From Candidatus Poribacteria bacterium (GTDB lineage Bacteria; Poribacteria; WGA-4E; WGA-3G): a DNA stretch of 64,000 bases. The stretch lies in NCBI GenBank assembly GCA_965242965.1, contig OZ251518.1, positions 4,192,001-4,256,000 on the forward strand. The letters are read 5' to 3'. Shown piece by piece: positions 38,923-48,793 of this stretch; the first letter of the stretch is position 1; each line of letters begins with the position of its first letter. Made by a program: the position numbers and the translations under genes. The notes beneath the pieces are model-generated. The model did not search any database. It saw only the letters and a list, made by a program, of their open reading frames with translations, and had not been told where the DNA came from.

Positions 38923-39552
38923 ATGCAAACGCAGCAGATGAACGAAAAACTGTGGAAAATCGCCCACAAACTCGCGTTTGATTTAGTTGACTGGGGCACC
39001 GATCCCAATGAACTCGGCAAAGTCATCGCGTTTGTGCGTCGGCACCAAGACGATACCGACGCGAAATCGCGGCTCATGCTGCTGGTGCAGCGGTTGGCGA
39101 GTAGCCGCAACGCGCTTATCCGGAGCCGGCAAACACAGGGATTTTATCAAAATATTCAAGAAGCATTCAGCGAACATCTCCGCGATATCAGCAATCCCGC
39201 TGAAATCCTGCTTATTCTCGGCTGGAGCCTACGGTTGATGCGTTACTATCGTGCGGAACCGACGTTTGCTGTTGAATATGAATTTGAGCCGTCCCCGGTG
39301 AATTCACCTGCGCCGCCTACACCGAAACCGGATCCACCGAAACCGGATCCACCGAAGGTCAAGGCCGGGGACAGGGTAAATGCGACGGTTCTGAAGAAGG
39401 ATGGCTTCAAGGTGACAGTGCGATTAGAGACTGACGCACGCGAAGAAGTCTCCTTTGAAGGTCCTTATTATCCCGGCCTGGTCGGCGCACAAGTTAAGGT
39501 GAGGGTCCAGAGGGTTGATAAGGGCGGTCGGATAACCAAAGTCATTCCGTAG
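38923..39552 (+). CDS. CRISPR-linked helical protein with Pro-rich linker and C-terminal S1/OB-like domain
   Basis: Helical N-domain (ILGWSLRLMRYY), PKPDPPKPDPP linker, KAGDRVNATVLK...VKVRV beta-domain. Confidence 0.65.
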   Translation: MQTQQMNEKLWKIAHKLAFDLVDWGTDPNELGKVIAFVRRHQDDTDAKSRLMLLVQRLASSRNALIRSRQTQGFYQNIQEAFSEHLRDISNPAEILLILGWSLRLMRYYRAEPTFAVEYEFEPSPVNSPAPPTPKPDPPKPDPPKVKAGDRVNATVLKKDGFKVTVRLETDAREEVSFEGPYYPGLVGAQVKVRVQRVDKGGRITKVIP

Positions 39553-39581
39553 AAAATACGCTTGAGTCTGGAGGTAAAGGC

Positions 39582-40832
39582 ATGATTTTTAGAAATGCAG
39601 TTGCTGAAAGGGATGGCATCAATCCGCGCGAGGAACTGGAGAAATTCGTGATCGGTAATCGCGCGCACATTAAACAGAGTCGTGTTAATGAGAAAATCGG
39701 CCATGAGTTAAAATCCTGCGACGAAGATGTTTGGCTCACGGAACTGGTTCGGACTCAGAATCCTTATACTGTTCTTGAGGCATGCTTTGCCTCGGGGCGA
39801 TTGCATAATTTGGCTGCCAACCGCCGCTGGGTTAGTCTTGACTCGGAATATGAAGGACGCGAACTTGTGGGGGAAATTCTAGAGGCGTTGGGCTTTAGAA
39901 AGGAAGTAAAGCCTTCGGGTCTTACGCAAATTCGAGAAGAAATCGATCCGCGCTTGGAACCTGCCGAAGTTGACCCACAACGGTTTGCAGCAGAAGAAGC
40001 CCTTGACTTTGCCGCCGGAATGGGAACAGTCATGGAAGCATTGTTGGATAAATTATTCCGTTTCCATAGCGAAACGTTCCTCCGGCATGCTGAACTAACA
40101 GCGGCGGACATTGACAAACTACGTGATCAGTATCGGCGAACGCGCCCACGAACGCTAGGTCGTTATGTGGGACTCCAGAATGACGAAAAGGGCGATAAAC
40201 GTGGATTTTTGGCAAGACTAATGAAATTTGCAGAAGAAGACGCAGCACTTATCGCCTACTGTGACAGGTACTTTCAGCGGATAGTGCCCTTGGACGAGAG
40301 TGAGATTGCTGCTGTTGGTATGTTCACGATATACCGCAACTGGATTGTCCATAATATATGGGACTGGACCCAATACCCGCGCATCCTAAATAATGCTCAA
40401 ACTAACTTGTTAAGCATGGATGAGGCAACTCGCGGCGAATGGGAGAGAAGTTGGCAGCAGGTAACTGAAGCGGTTGATTGGGCAAAGAAAAACGGGGATC
40501 CCGAACCCGCTCTTCCAAAACGTGAGATGCTCCAAAGGATGGCTGTTTTCTTCAGGGCCTTCCTTAAATCGCTATCCCAAGGAATCTACCCCAAAGTCAT
40601 TGTGATGCAGTCCTACGTCGTCGACAATTATGGAACTCATCAAATTACCGCGGAGGACGATGCAGGAGAGACAGTCTTCCTTACCGACTGTGAATTCGAG
40701 CCATTTACGGAGTTCTACTATCTGGCACATACCAATCTTGTTGGCATTGAACCAATTCTCGTGAGGAAAGATGAACTAGGGAAGTGGGGAATTCAACAGG
40801 ATAGCATGGACGCATCACAGAAGGAGGCTTAA
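39582..40832 (+). CDS. Uncharacterised protein with putative HEPN motif inside the cas operon
   Basis: 416-aa ORF with GGAGG RBS; MEALL helix, RTLGRY, RNWIVH (RxxxxH). Confidence 0.65.
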   Translation: MIFRNAVAERDGINPREELEKFVIGNRAHIKQSRVNEKIGHELKSCDEDVWLTELVRTQNPYTVLEACFASGRLHNLAANRRWVSLDSEYEGRELVGEILEALGFRKEVKPSGLTQIREEIDPRLEPAEVDPQRFAAEEALDFAAGMGTVMEALLDKLFRFHSETFLRHAELTAADIDKLRDQYRRTRPRTLGRYVGLQNDEKGDKRGFLARLMKFAEEDAALIAYCDRYFQRIVPLDESEIAAVGMFTIYRNWIVHNIWDWTQYPRILNNAQTNLLSMDEATRGEWERSWQQVTEAVDWAKKNGDPEPALPKREMLQRMAVFFRAFLKSLSQGIYPKVIVMQSYVVDNYGTHQITAEDDAGETVFLTDCEFEPFTEFYYLAHTNLVGIEPILVRKDELGKWGIQQDSMDASQKEA

Positions 40833-40835
40833 AGC

Positions 40836-41843
40836 ATGCCGAAAAACGTGCTCTTATCATCACTCGGATTATCACCCGCTGTTGTCACCGAAACGATTGA
40901 TGCCCTTCAAAACACCGGCATCCGAATTGACACGGTGGTGCTGCTCACCACTGCAAACGAACGGATTGTCAACACATACATTCCGCTACTGCAGGACGAC
41001 TTTGCCGATACTTACGGGGGAAGAATTGAACTCACCTATGCTCCCATTACGAACAATGACATTTGGACAGCACAGGATAATCTGGAATTCATCGGGTTAG
41101 CCACCGCGTATCTGAATACCCATCGGAAGCGGGGAGATAACGTCTATGTCAGCATCGCAGGCGGCAGGAAAACGATGTCCGCCGCTTTAGCAATTGTGAC
41201 GCAACTTTTCGGCGCGAAAGGGTTGTATCATGTCCTCACCCTGGAAGAGGTCGAGAAACAACACCACCCTTACGAATCGCTGAGAAACGCACCTGAAAAA
41301 CGTCGCGAGGCTCTTCACCCAGATGTCCAGTTGATGGAGCTCGTCTCCATTCCCGTCGTCGGGCTGTTTCCGTATCTGAGCCAAATCACCGGTGTTTTGC
41401 AGGGAGATACCGCTCAGGCTGAAGCGAATGTGACAGATTTGCTTCGTGACAATGAACTCATTGATGACGAGGGAAAGATAACGCCGGCAGGCAGCAACCT
41501 CTTGAAAATCTTGAGCGAAGTGGAAACCGCGCCGGAACCCTCCACTATCCCGCCGAACCAAAAAGAGATTCGCGTCCCCCGCCATAATATCCCGAAACAG
41601 GAAGAGGAGAAGCTGCGGACTATCGCCAACCGGATATGCTATGATCCGTTTGTGAATCGCATTGCAACCACGGATTGGAACTCGCAAACGCAGCAGCCTT
41701 ACCGAATCAACCCGGATAATTCGATTACCCTCTTTATCCCGAAGACCACGAAGGGGTTAACGCTTAGAATCTTTACCACGGCGAACACACGAGCGCAAGC
41801 CGAATACGTCGCGCAAAGATTGTTGCTCGCCGTGAGCCGATAA
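40836..41843 (+). CDS. NE0113/Csx14-type CARF protein with wHTH and small C-terminal domain
   Basis: LLSSLGLSPAVVTET, SIAGGRKTMSA, LYHV; LI...GKITPAG (wHTH-like); ~90-aa alpha/beta tail. Confidence 0.8.
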   Translation: MPKNVLLSSLGLSPAVVTETIDALQNTGIRIDTVVLLTTANERIVNTYIPLLQDDFADTYGGRIELTYAPITNNDIWTAQDNLEFIGLATAYLNTHRKRGDNVYVSIAGGRKTMSAALAIVTQLFGAKGLYHVLTLEEVEKQHHPYESLRNAPEKRREALHPDVQLMELVSIPVVGLFPYLSQITGVLQGDTAQAEANVTDLLRDNELIDDEGKITPAGSNLLKILSEVETAPEPSTIPPNQKEIRVPRHNIPKQEEEKLRTIANRICYDPFVNRIATTDWNSQTQQPYRINPDNSITLFIPKTTKGLTLRIFTTANTRAQAEYVAQRLLLAVSR

Positions 41844-41874
41844 CACCATTGAAATCGGAGAGACGGAGAGAATC

Positions 41875-42864
41875 GTGTCTGCACAGAAACCGTTATCAAA
41901 CGCCTTGCGAATGACAAACTTCCAATTCGCCCGATACCGCTTCACCTATACCGTCCAAGAACCGCTACGGATGCCACCCGACAAAGGCAACATCTTCCGC
42001 AGCCGACTCGGATACACACTGCGCGACATCACCTGCCTGGGACACGAAAACGCATGCGCAAAGCAGTGCCAACACCCAGAACGGTGCGTCTACTCGCAAT
42101 GTTTTGAAACACCCGTGCCGGAAAACGCGCCGTTTCTCCGCGGACAACCCTTCGCGCCGCATCCGTTCATACTCGAACCACCGCTCACAGGGAAACAGCA
42201 TTACGCTCCCGGCGATACCTTCGCCTGCACACTCATCCTCATCGGCAGCGCCATCAACCTGCTCCCGTGGCTAGCGTTCACCTTCAATGAAATCGGCAAA
42301 CGCCGCATCGGACTTCGCGGCCGGCGCGGGAAGTGTGAACTCAACACCATTGAGAGTCTTCCTGCGCGCGGCACCGAGCCCCCCGAAACGATTTATACCT
42401 CCCAAACCGAGAGGCTAATGGGAGCAGGTAGGCTTCTCCGCCTTGACGATGTGCTACGCGGCGCGCCGCACGTCACCGACACGCTTACACTTGATTTCCG
42501 AACGCCGACGAGCCTCAAAGTGGAGGGACGCTGGATGCGCGACGTGACGTTTGAATTGCTCATCCGCAATCTCCTCCGACGCATCCGGTTCTTGAGTTAC
42601 TTCCATTGTGGCGAAGACCTGGGTGTGGATGCACATGCTTTGCTGAAGGCGGCGAGGGCTGTCACGCATACCTCGCACTTGCAATGGGTGCGGAAGGAAC
42701 GCCGGTCTTTCCGAACAAAGCGTGTTGTCCCGATGGGTGGGTTCGTTGGTAAAGTTCGGTTCGCGGGAGAGTTGTCCCCGTTTCTGCCGCTGATTTTCTT
42801 GGGAGAATATCTCCACATTGGGCATCACACTGCATTTGGGTTCGGGCAGTATCGCATCTGTTAA
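41875..42864 (+). CDS. cas6: Cas6 crRNA-processing endoribonuclease
   Basis: PHPFILEPP, F.TPT, GGFVG, terminal G-loop HIGHHTAFGFGQY. Confidence 0.9.
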   Translation: MSAQKPLSNALRMTNFQFARYRFTYTVQEPLRMPPDKGNIFRSRLGYTLRDITCLGHENACAKQCQHPERCVYSQCFETPVPENAPFLRGQPFAPHPFILEPPLTGKQHYAPGDTFACTLILIGSAINLLPWLAFTFNEIGKRRIGLRGRRGKCELNTIESLPARGTEPPETIYTSQTERLMGAGRLLRLDDVLRGAPHVTDTLTLDFRTPTSLKVEGRWMRDVTFELLIRNLLRRIRFLSYFHCGEDLGVDAHALLKAARAVTHTSHLQWVRKERRSFRTKRVVPMGGFVGKVRFAGELSPFLPLIFLGEYLHIGHHTAFGFGQYRIC

Positions 42865-42937
42865 CAACAGCAAAGGAGAGGTTCATTTCGGGGAGAGGAA
42901 TTTTCCTTCACGCTGCTGAAAAAATTCAAAAGAAAAA

Positions 42938-43085
42938 TTGACATTTCCGTTCATTTATGGTATCATTAATAATGAAAGAGCGGACAAGGGTTCTTGCGTT
43001 TTTTGGCAGAACCTGCGCCCGATTTGAATCGCATTTGGATCTAGGCTTTTGAGAACTACGCACAGAGGGTTTCAAAAGCATAGGG
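42938..43085 (+). promoter_or_regulatory. CRISPR leader 2 with sigma70 promoter
   Basis: TTGACA(42938)-17-TATCAT(42961); homologous to leader 1. Confidence 0.85.
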
Positions 43086-44694
43086 GTTTGGATACACCGT
43101 CCCGGTTGAAGGGAATAGAAACTATTAATAATATAGCCGAATGGGATCGGAATTCTTAAGTTAGGAAACGCCTTCCCGTTTGAAGGGAATAGAAACTGAC
43201 CACCAGTGCATTCCGCTGCCACCATGCCAGCAGACCCGTTTGGAAACGCCGTCCCGGTTGAAGGGAATAGAAACACAAACGAAGCCTTGGCTGCCAGCGC
43301 AGAGACATCCGTTCGGAAACGCCGTCCCGGTTGAAGGGAATAGAAACGCCGCAATCATACCAGCAGACGCTCGGAATCTTGCAGTTTGGAAACGCCGTCC
43401 CGTTTGAAGGGAATAGAAACGTCAAGGTCCGATGGTTAAGTTGGTGCGAGGACCAGGTTTGGAAACGCCGTCCCGGTTGAAGGGAATAGAAACAGTATCC
43501 GTCCTTTCTTGATGGCGACTGAATGCCCCGTGCATCGTTCGGAAACGCCGTCCCGTTTGAAGGGAATAGAAACTTTACTTTTTTGCCGATTGCAACGCCT
43601 CGACAATCCTGTCGTTTGGAAACGCCGTCCCGTTTGAAGGGAATAGAAACTTTAGCCATCCACTATTCCAAGTGTCATAATACTTTTGGAAACGCCTTCC
43701 CGGTTGAAGGGAATAGAAACTTCCCGATGTAGCCTTCTTCGCGGGCTTGGTCTAGCGTAAGTTTGGAAACGCCTTCCCGGTTGAAGGGAATAGAAACGTG
43801 CCAGCCTGATCGACGGCTGCATACGCATTCTTGACTTGTTTGGAAACGCCTTCCCGGTTGAAGGGAATAGAAACAACTGGCTAAATCAAGTTCGGATGAG
43901 AGCGTTAAGATATGTTTGGAAACGCCTTCCCGGTTGAAGGGAATAGAAACTCGTAAGACACTTGTGATACCTTGTCCCCGTTGAGTTTGGAAACGCCTTC
44001 CCGGTTGAAGGGAATAGAAACTTTCCTTCGGTCAGCCTTAAGTTGACATTCCCCGTTGAGTTTGGAAACGCCTTCCCGTTTGAAGGGAATAGAAACTGAT
44101 AATGGCTCGGCATCGCTATCCGTCTTGACGTTTGGAAACGCCTTCCCGGTTGAAGGGAATAGAAACCCATGATGAACCGCAGCTAGCTCTTTATTGCCAT
44201 CGTTTGGAAACGCCTTCCCGTTTGAAGGGAATAGAAACTTGCCTCGACCTCGTTGAAATTCATATCAAATCCCAAGTGTTTGGAAATGCCTTCCTGTTTG
44301 AAGGGAATAGAAACGCGAGGGAAGCCCGCTGCGCTACCTCTTTCGCAAGGTTGAGTTTGGAAACGCCTTCCCGGTTGAAGGGAATAGAAACTTTAGAATC
44401 CGGAGATTTTCTTCGGCATCAAAAAGCCGAGTTTGGAAACGCCTTCCCGGTTGAAGGGAATAGAAACCCAGTCGTCTTACAGGTTAGCGCATGATTAATT
44501 ATCGTTCGGAAACGCCTTCCCGGTTGAAGGGAATAGAAACATAGCCGCACACCGATGCTGTCCACCGGCAAGCCACAAGTTTGGAAACGCCTTCCCGGTT
44601 GAAGGGAATAGAAACTCATAGTACTCGATCGTAGGTCCATATTTGTCGCAATAGCATGTTCAGAAACGCCTTCCCGCTTGAAGGGAATAGAAAC
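43086..44694 (+). CRISPR. CRISPR array 2: 22 repeats, 21 spacers
   Basis: Same 37-bp repeat family (variants CCCGG/CCCGT, GCCG/GCCT); first, second and last repeats diverged. Confidence 0.98.
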
Positions 44695-44759
44695 CTCTCA
44701 TTCACAACACGGCAGCAAAACGCAAATCGCAAAACCTGAAAAAAAAGCAGAAATTAACA

Positions 44760-45164
44760 ATGAAATATGTAGTGAATCTGGAAGGCCACGATGGATTATT
44801 CAGTTGCAAAACTGAATTCAAATGCGGCGACGAATTCTTCGCCCGCGGCATCAGCAACTACGGCGATGACGACATCGACTACCTGAGCAACGAACTCGCA
44901 AAAGACATCTCCGGCGGAATTTACGCGCATTTCGAGGAGGTCATCCAAGAAGCCGAAACCAACGGCGAAGATAGCGAGAAGGCTTGGGAAGAACAGCACG
45001 ACGAAAACAACGTCTATCGTTACCGCGACGGCGATGACGCATGGGAAATCGCCATTCAACACGGCTGGGGCGTTGTGACAGATACCGTCGCCCTCACCAC
45101 CGGCGAGGCAATCATGCCGCACTTGCGCGAAGAGTTGGAGGCATACATCGCCAGCACCGCCTAA
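44760..45164 (+). CDS. Small, very acidic hypothetical protein
   Basis: 134-aa D/E-rich ORF with coding-like codon use, directly after array 2. Confidence 0.65.
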   Translation: MKYVVNLEGHDGLFSCKTEFKCGDEFFARGISNYGDDDIDYLSNELAKDISGGIYAHFEEVIQEAETNGEDSEKAWEEQHDENNVYRYRDGDDAWEIAIQHGWGVVTDTVALTTGEAIMPHLREELEAYIASTA

Positions 45165-45199
45165 CCTACTCCCCACCGAGAGCCCGCTCTCACCCAGCG

Positions 45200-45470
45200 G
45201 GCTCAAGGGATTTGTCGGTAGGCACCCCGGGTCTCCATACCTCCCGGTAGGAGAGGCCTCGGGTCTTGATTTTCCCGTAGCGCGGGGGCCCTCGGATGCC
45301 ATACGCGCATCCGAGCGGGTTTCCCCCGCGATCGTTCCCGGTAGGAGAGACCTCCTGGTCTCGATTTTTTGTCACTATCGGGACAAGGATGTCCCTCCTA
45401 CGGGAAGTCGGGACAAGGATGTCCCGCCTACCGAGTGCATATCGGGACAAGGATGTCCCGCCTACCCATC
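45200..45470. repeat. REP cluster
   Basis: GTAGGAGAGACCTCCTGGTCTCG, GTAGCGCGGGGGCCC, tandem TCGGGACAAGGATGTCCC.CCTAC. Confidence 0.75.
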
Positions 45471-45562
45471 GCAATGCACATCCTATTTCGCGAATTGCAT
45501 CAATTTCACGGATATGATACGATATACACAGAATTGAGATGATTTGCTGGAGGTTAGAAACT

Positions 45563-46663
45563 ATGAGTCGTGTCCGTATTGGGATTATCGGATGTGGGGC
45601 GATCGCGCAGGTCCAGCACCTCCCCAACCTTGCCGAACTGCATCGTGAATTTGAGGTGCCGATTGTTTGTGACTTGTCGCCCGGTGCGGCGAAGGCGGTC
45701 GCGCAGCGATTCCACATCCCCGACTTCGTCACAGATTATACCGAACTGCTCAAAACAGACGTAGATGCGGTGCTGCTCTGCCACGGAGATCCGAAGACAG
45801 AAGTGGCACTCGCCGCCTTTGAGGCAGGGAAACATGTCTTCATTGAGAAACCTGTCTGCTTTTCGCTCCAAGAGATGGATGCGATGCTTGCGGCGCAACG
45901 GAAGGCTGGCACCGTCGGACAGGCAGGCTATATGAAAGTGCATGATCCGGCATTTCAACTCGCCAAGCGCGAAGTGGATACGATGACAGGTTATCGCTTC
46001 GTTCAGATTAATCACCTGCATCCGAACAATAGTTTGCACTTAAGTCAGTTTGACGTGGAGCGGTTCAACGACGTGCCGCCAGATGCGTTTAAACCGGCGG
46101 GTGCGGCGCGCGAAAAGGCACTCGCCGAAGCGATTGGGGATATAGTGAATAGAACAGGCTCGCCTGAGCCTTTTGCCGAAAGGGCGTTTTTCTTGCTGGC
46201 GGGTAGCATGATTCACGACATCTACAGCCTGCGCGTCATGCTCGGTTCGCCGAGTGAGGTGGTGAGCGTAGAAATTTGGGCTGATGGACGCGGTGTCAGC
46301 ATCGTGTTTGCGTATCCGAACGGGGCGCGCTGCATCGCTACTTGGGTAGATCTACCAGACCTCTGGGATTTCAAGGAGACGTTGGAGATTTACGGCAATG
46401 ACAAACGGGTGCTGGTTTCCTATCCTACCGGTTTCTCTCGTGGTATTCTGTCGGAGGTGACGATACACGGCATCGATGCGGAGGGGGTAACCTACAGCAA
46501 GAAGCCGGCGGTTGAGTGGGAGAGTGCTTTTGTGCGAGAGTTGCGGCATTTCCACGAGTGTATCACCGAAGGGACGGCGTGTTATACGTCCTTGGCATCG
46601 GCTCGGCATGACATCGCATTGATTATTGATATTGTGCGGTGTTATATGGAAGGGAAACAGTGA
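45563..46663 (+). CDS. Gfo/Idh/MocA-family oxidoreductase
   Basis: RIGIIGCGAIA, AGKHVFIEKP, SMIHD. Confidence 0.9.
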   Translation: MSRVRIGIIGCGAIAQVQHLPNLAELHREFEVPIVCDLSPGAAKAVAQRFHIPDFVTDYTELLKTDVDAVLLCHGDPKTEVALAAFEAGKHVFIEKPVCFSLQEMDAMLAAQRKAGTVGQAGYMKVHDPAFQLAKREVDTMTGYRFVQINHLHPNNSLHLSQFDVERFNDVPPDAFKPAGAAREKALAEAIGDIVNRTGSPEPFAERAFFLLAGSMIHDIYSLRVMLGSPSEVVSVEIWADGRGVSIVFAYPNGARCIATWVDLPDLWDFKETLEIYGNDKRVLVSYPTGFSRGILSEVTIHGIDAEGVTYSKKPAVEWESAFVRELRHFHECITEGTACYTSLASARHDIALIIDIVRCYMEGKQ

Positions 46664-47400
46664 ACGTAGCGCGGGGGCCTGTCCCCCGCGCGAACATCCG
46701 CCGATTCACCGTAGCGCGGGGGCCTGTCCCCCGCGATCTCTCAGGTGTCTGAAGCAGGATTTTCAAGATTCACAAGATTTTCAGGATTATCTTCCTCGCG
46801 GCGGGGAAACCTCTGCTGAAAAGGGCGGCACTTTAACTCCGTTTTCCCGCGGCGCAGCATCGGTTGGAGACTAGAGTTCCTAATCTTGCTAATCGTGATA
46901 ATCGTGTAAATCCTGCTTCAGACGATTTGCTTGGCGAGGGACAGGCCCTCGCCCTACGGTGAAAGGGGCATGCACAGCAGACACGCGTTGCATCAACCCG
47001 ATGCAACGCGAGGGACAGGTTTTCCCACCGCCCTACGGTTCGGCGGCGCGGTTTGGATAACTACGAACTAAAACGCACATTAAGGTCCTACAGACCTTAG
47101 GCATCTTCGCGTCGCTGCGCGCTATAGACATTAAGGTCTTACGCCCTAAAGAGATGTTTTATTGGAATAAAACTTCCTAATCCTGCGCTAGACAGCACGG
47201 CGAGGGACAGGCCCTCGCCCTACGGTTCGTGGGCATGCACAGCAGACACGCGTTGCATCAATCCGAGGCACGGCGAGGGACAGGCCCTCGCCCTATGGTG
47301 AACAGGCGCAAACTGCCGAACGAATCATAGCGCGGGGCCCTGTTCCCCGCGCGAACATCCGCCCATTCACCGTAGCGCGGGGGCCTGTCCCCCGCGATCT
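46664..47400. repeat. Large REP / short-module cluster
   Basis: Multiple GTAG REPs, CAGGATTTTCAAGATT and CATTAAGGTCC modules. Confidence 0.75.
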
Positions 47401-47503
47401 ACCAACTCAGCGAAAAACGTCTGAATGAGGGGTAACGCTGTCATGATTGCAACCCTCGGCGTTGGTTGCGTGGAGGATTTGGCAGCACATTGCGTAAGTG
47501 CAG

Positions 47504-48661
47504 CTAATCTTCCTCTTGAGACCCTTCTGAGAGTAGCATCTCGGCGATGTCTTTCGGCAGCACAACATCGTACTGCTTCTCAAAGTTGTGAATCTCCTGG
47601 TTAAACAAATCCTTGAGTTTCAGGACTTGATTCTCAGCAGCCTTGAGATTCGCTCCTCGATTCCTAGCAGCCTCCAGATCTGCTCTGGCCTCGTCCCATT
47701 CCTGTCTGCGTAACCGAATTATGGCTCGCTCAAAATAGAACAGGGGCTCATTGGGATTCAGTTCTATCGCCTTGTTATAGTCCTCAATGACACTCTTGAA
47801 GACATCGTCAAGGTTAAAATCCTCGCTATTAGCCAGGGCCAGGGCGCGATTGCGATAGGCCATGGGATCTTCTGGACTGAGTTTAATAACCTCGGTATAG
47901 CTAGCGGCGGCGCTACTATAATGGCCTTCTTGGAATTGCGATTGGGCGTGAAGATTATAGTTTTGGCTGCTGTGTTCCAGCTTCCGGGCTATCTCATAAT
48001 TCCCTTTAAAACGCTCAAGGGCGTGGGGAAGAATCTCCCGCCATTTGATAAACCCGTGGATATCATTGTAGATACGCTCTTCAGATATGTCATGGCACCT
48101 TTCCAAGTAGTCTAACATAGGCCGTTTGAGTTCTCTACGGATAAACACGATACACGCTGGTTGGACAAAACCTGTCTTTGATTCAACAAGGATGCTCTTC
48201 TGGGATTCAATACGGCTAATTGTCCGGAGCGGGGGCACGACTCTGTAGTTATCAGTGCACTGCGGTTTTCTGGGCAGTAAAATAACCCTACCTGTTCCGC
48301 CTTCTAGCTCGCCACATGCGAAGAAGAGAGCAATGAGGTAATCAGTCGTGAAGTCTATCAAGTTGGTTTTACAGCCATAATGCTGGAGCTGGGTTAGAAT
48401 TTCATCATCACCGAGATCGGATATTTCGGGGAGATAGGTTTTAACCTTATCCAAAATTACGTTTTGGCTGCCCATAATGTCGGGAGCCTCTATTTTACTC
48501 GTAAGATAGGGCCGATAGAGGTCCGAGCATACTTTTGGGTGACATTCGGCTTCACCCCTGTAGATGTAATCTCCGAGCACAGATTTGTCCGCTATCTCGC
48601 GGATTTTCAGCCAAACTTCGTCTGGCACATGTTGAGAATCCGATGGGTTGATCTTGTTCAT
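47504..48661 (-). CDS. FRG-domain protein with C-terminal TPR repeats
   Basis: YIYRGE, LQHYGCKTNLIDFT..LIALFFAC, RIESQKS; TPRs (AYRNRA, DYNKAIELNP). Confidence 0.85.
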   Translation of the reverse strand: MNKINPSDSQHVPDEVWLKIREIADKSVLGDYIYRGEAECHPKVCSDLYRPYLTSKIEAPDIMGSQNVILDKVKTYLPEISDLGDDEILTQLQHYGCKTNLIDFTTDYLIALFFACGELEGGTGRVILLPRKPQCTDNYRVVPPLRTISRIESQKSILVESKTGFVQPACIVFIRRELKRPMLDYLERCHDISEERIYNDIHGFIKWREILPHALERFKGNYEIARKLEHSSQNYNLHAQSQFQEGHYSSAAASYTEVIKLSPEDPMAYRNRALALANSEDFNLDDVFKSVIEDYNKAIELNPNEPLFYFERAIIRLRRQEWDEARADLEAARNRGANLKAAENQVLKLKDLFNQEIHNFEKQYDVVLPKDIAEMLLSEGSQEED

Positions 48662-48793
48662 GTCGCTTCGCTCCGTTAAGGTTAACCGGATAACTCGATC
48701 GATTCTAAAAACATCGCTGCAACCGACGGAAACGCACCACACGATTGCAGCGATGGAAGGACGGATCCGAACATCCGCCCTTACCCAAACACC

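Noticed and set aside
27240-44694. Self-targeting spacers or an RT-Cas1 module
   Set aside because: No spacer match within the window noticed by eye (not exhaustive); no reverse transcriptase or cas1 ORF present
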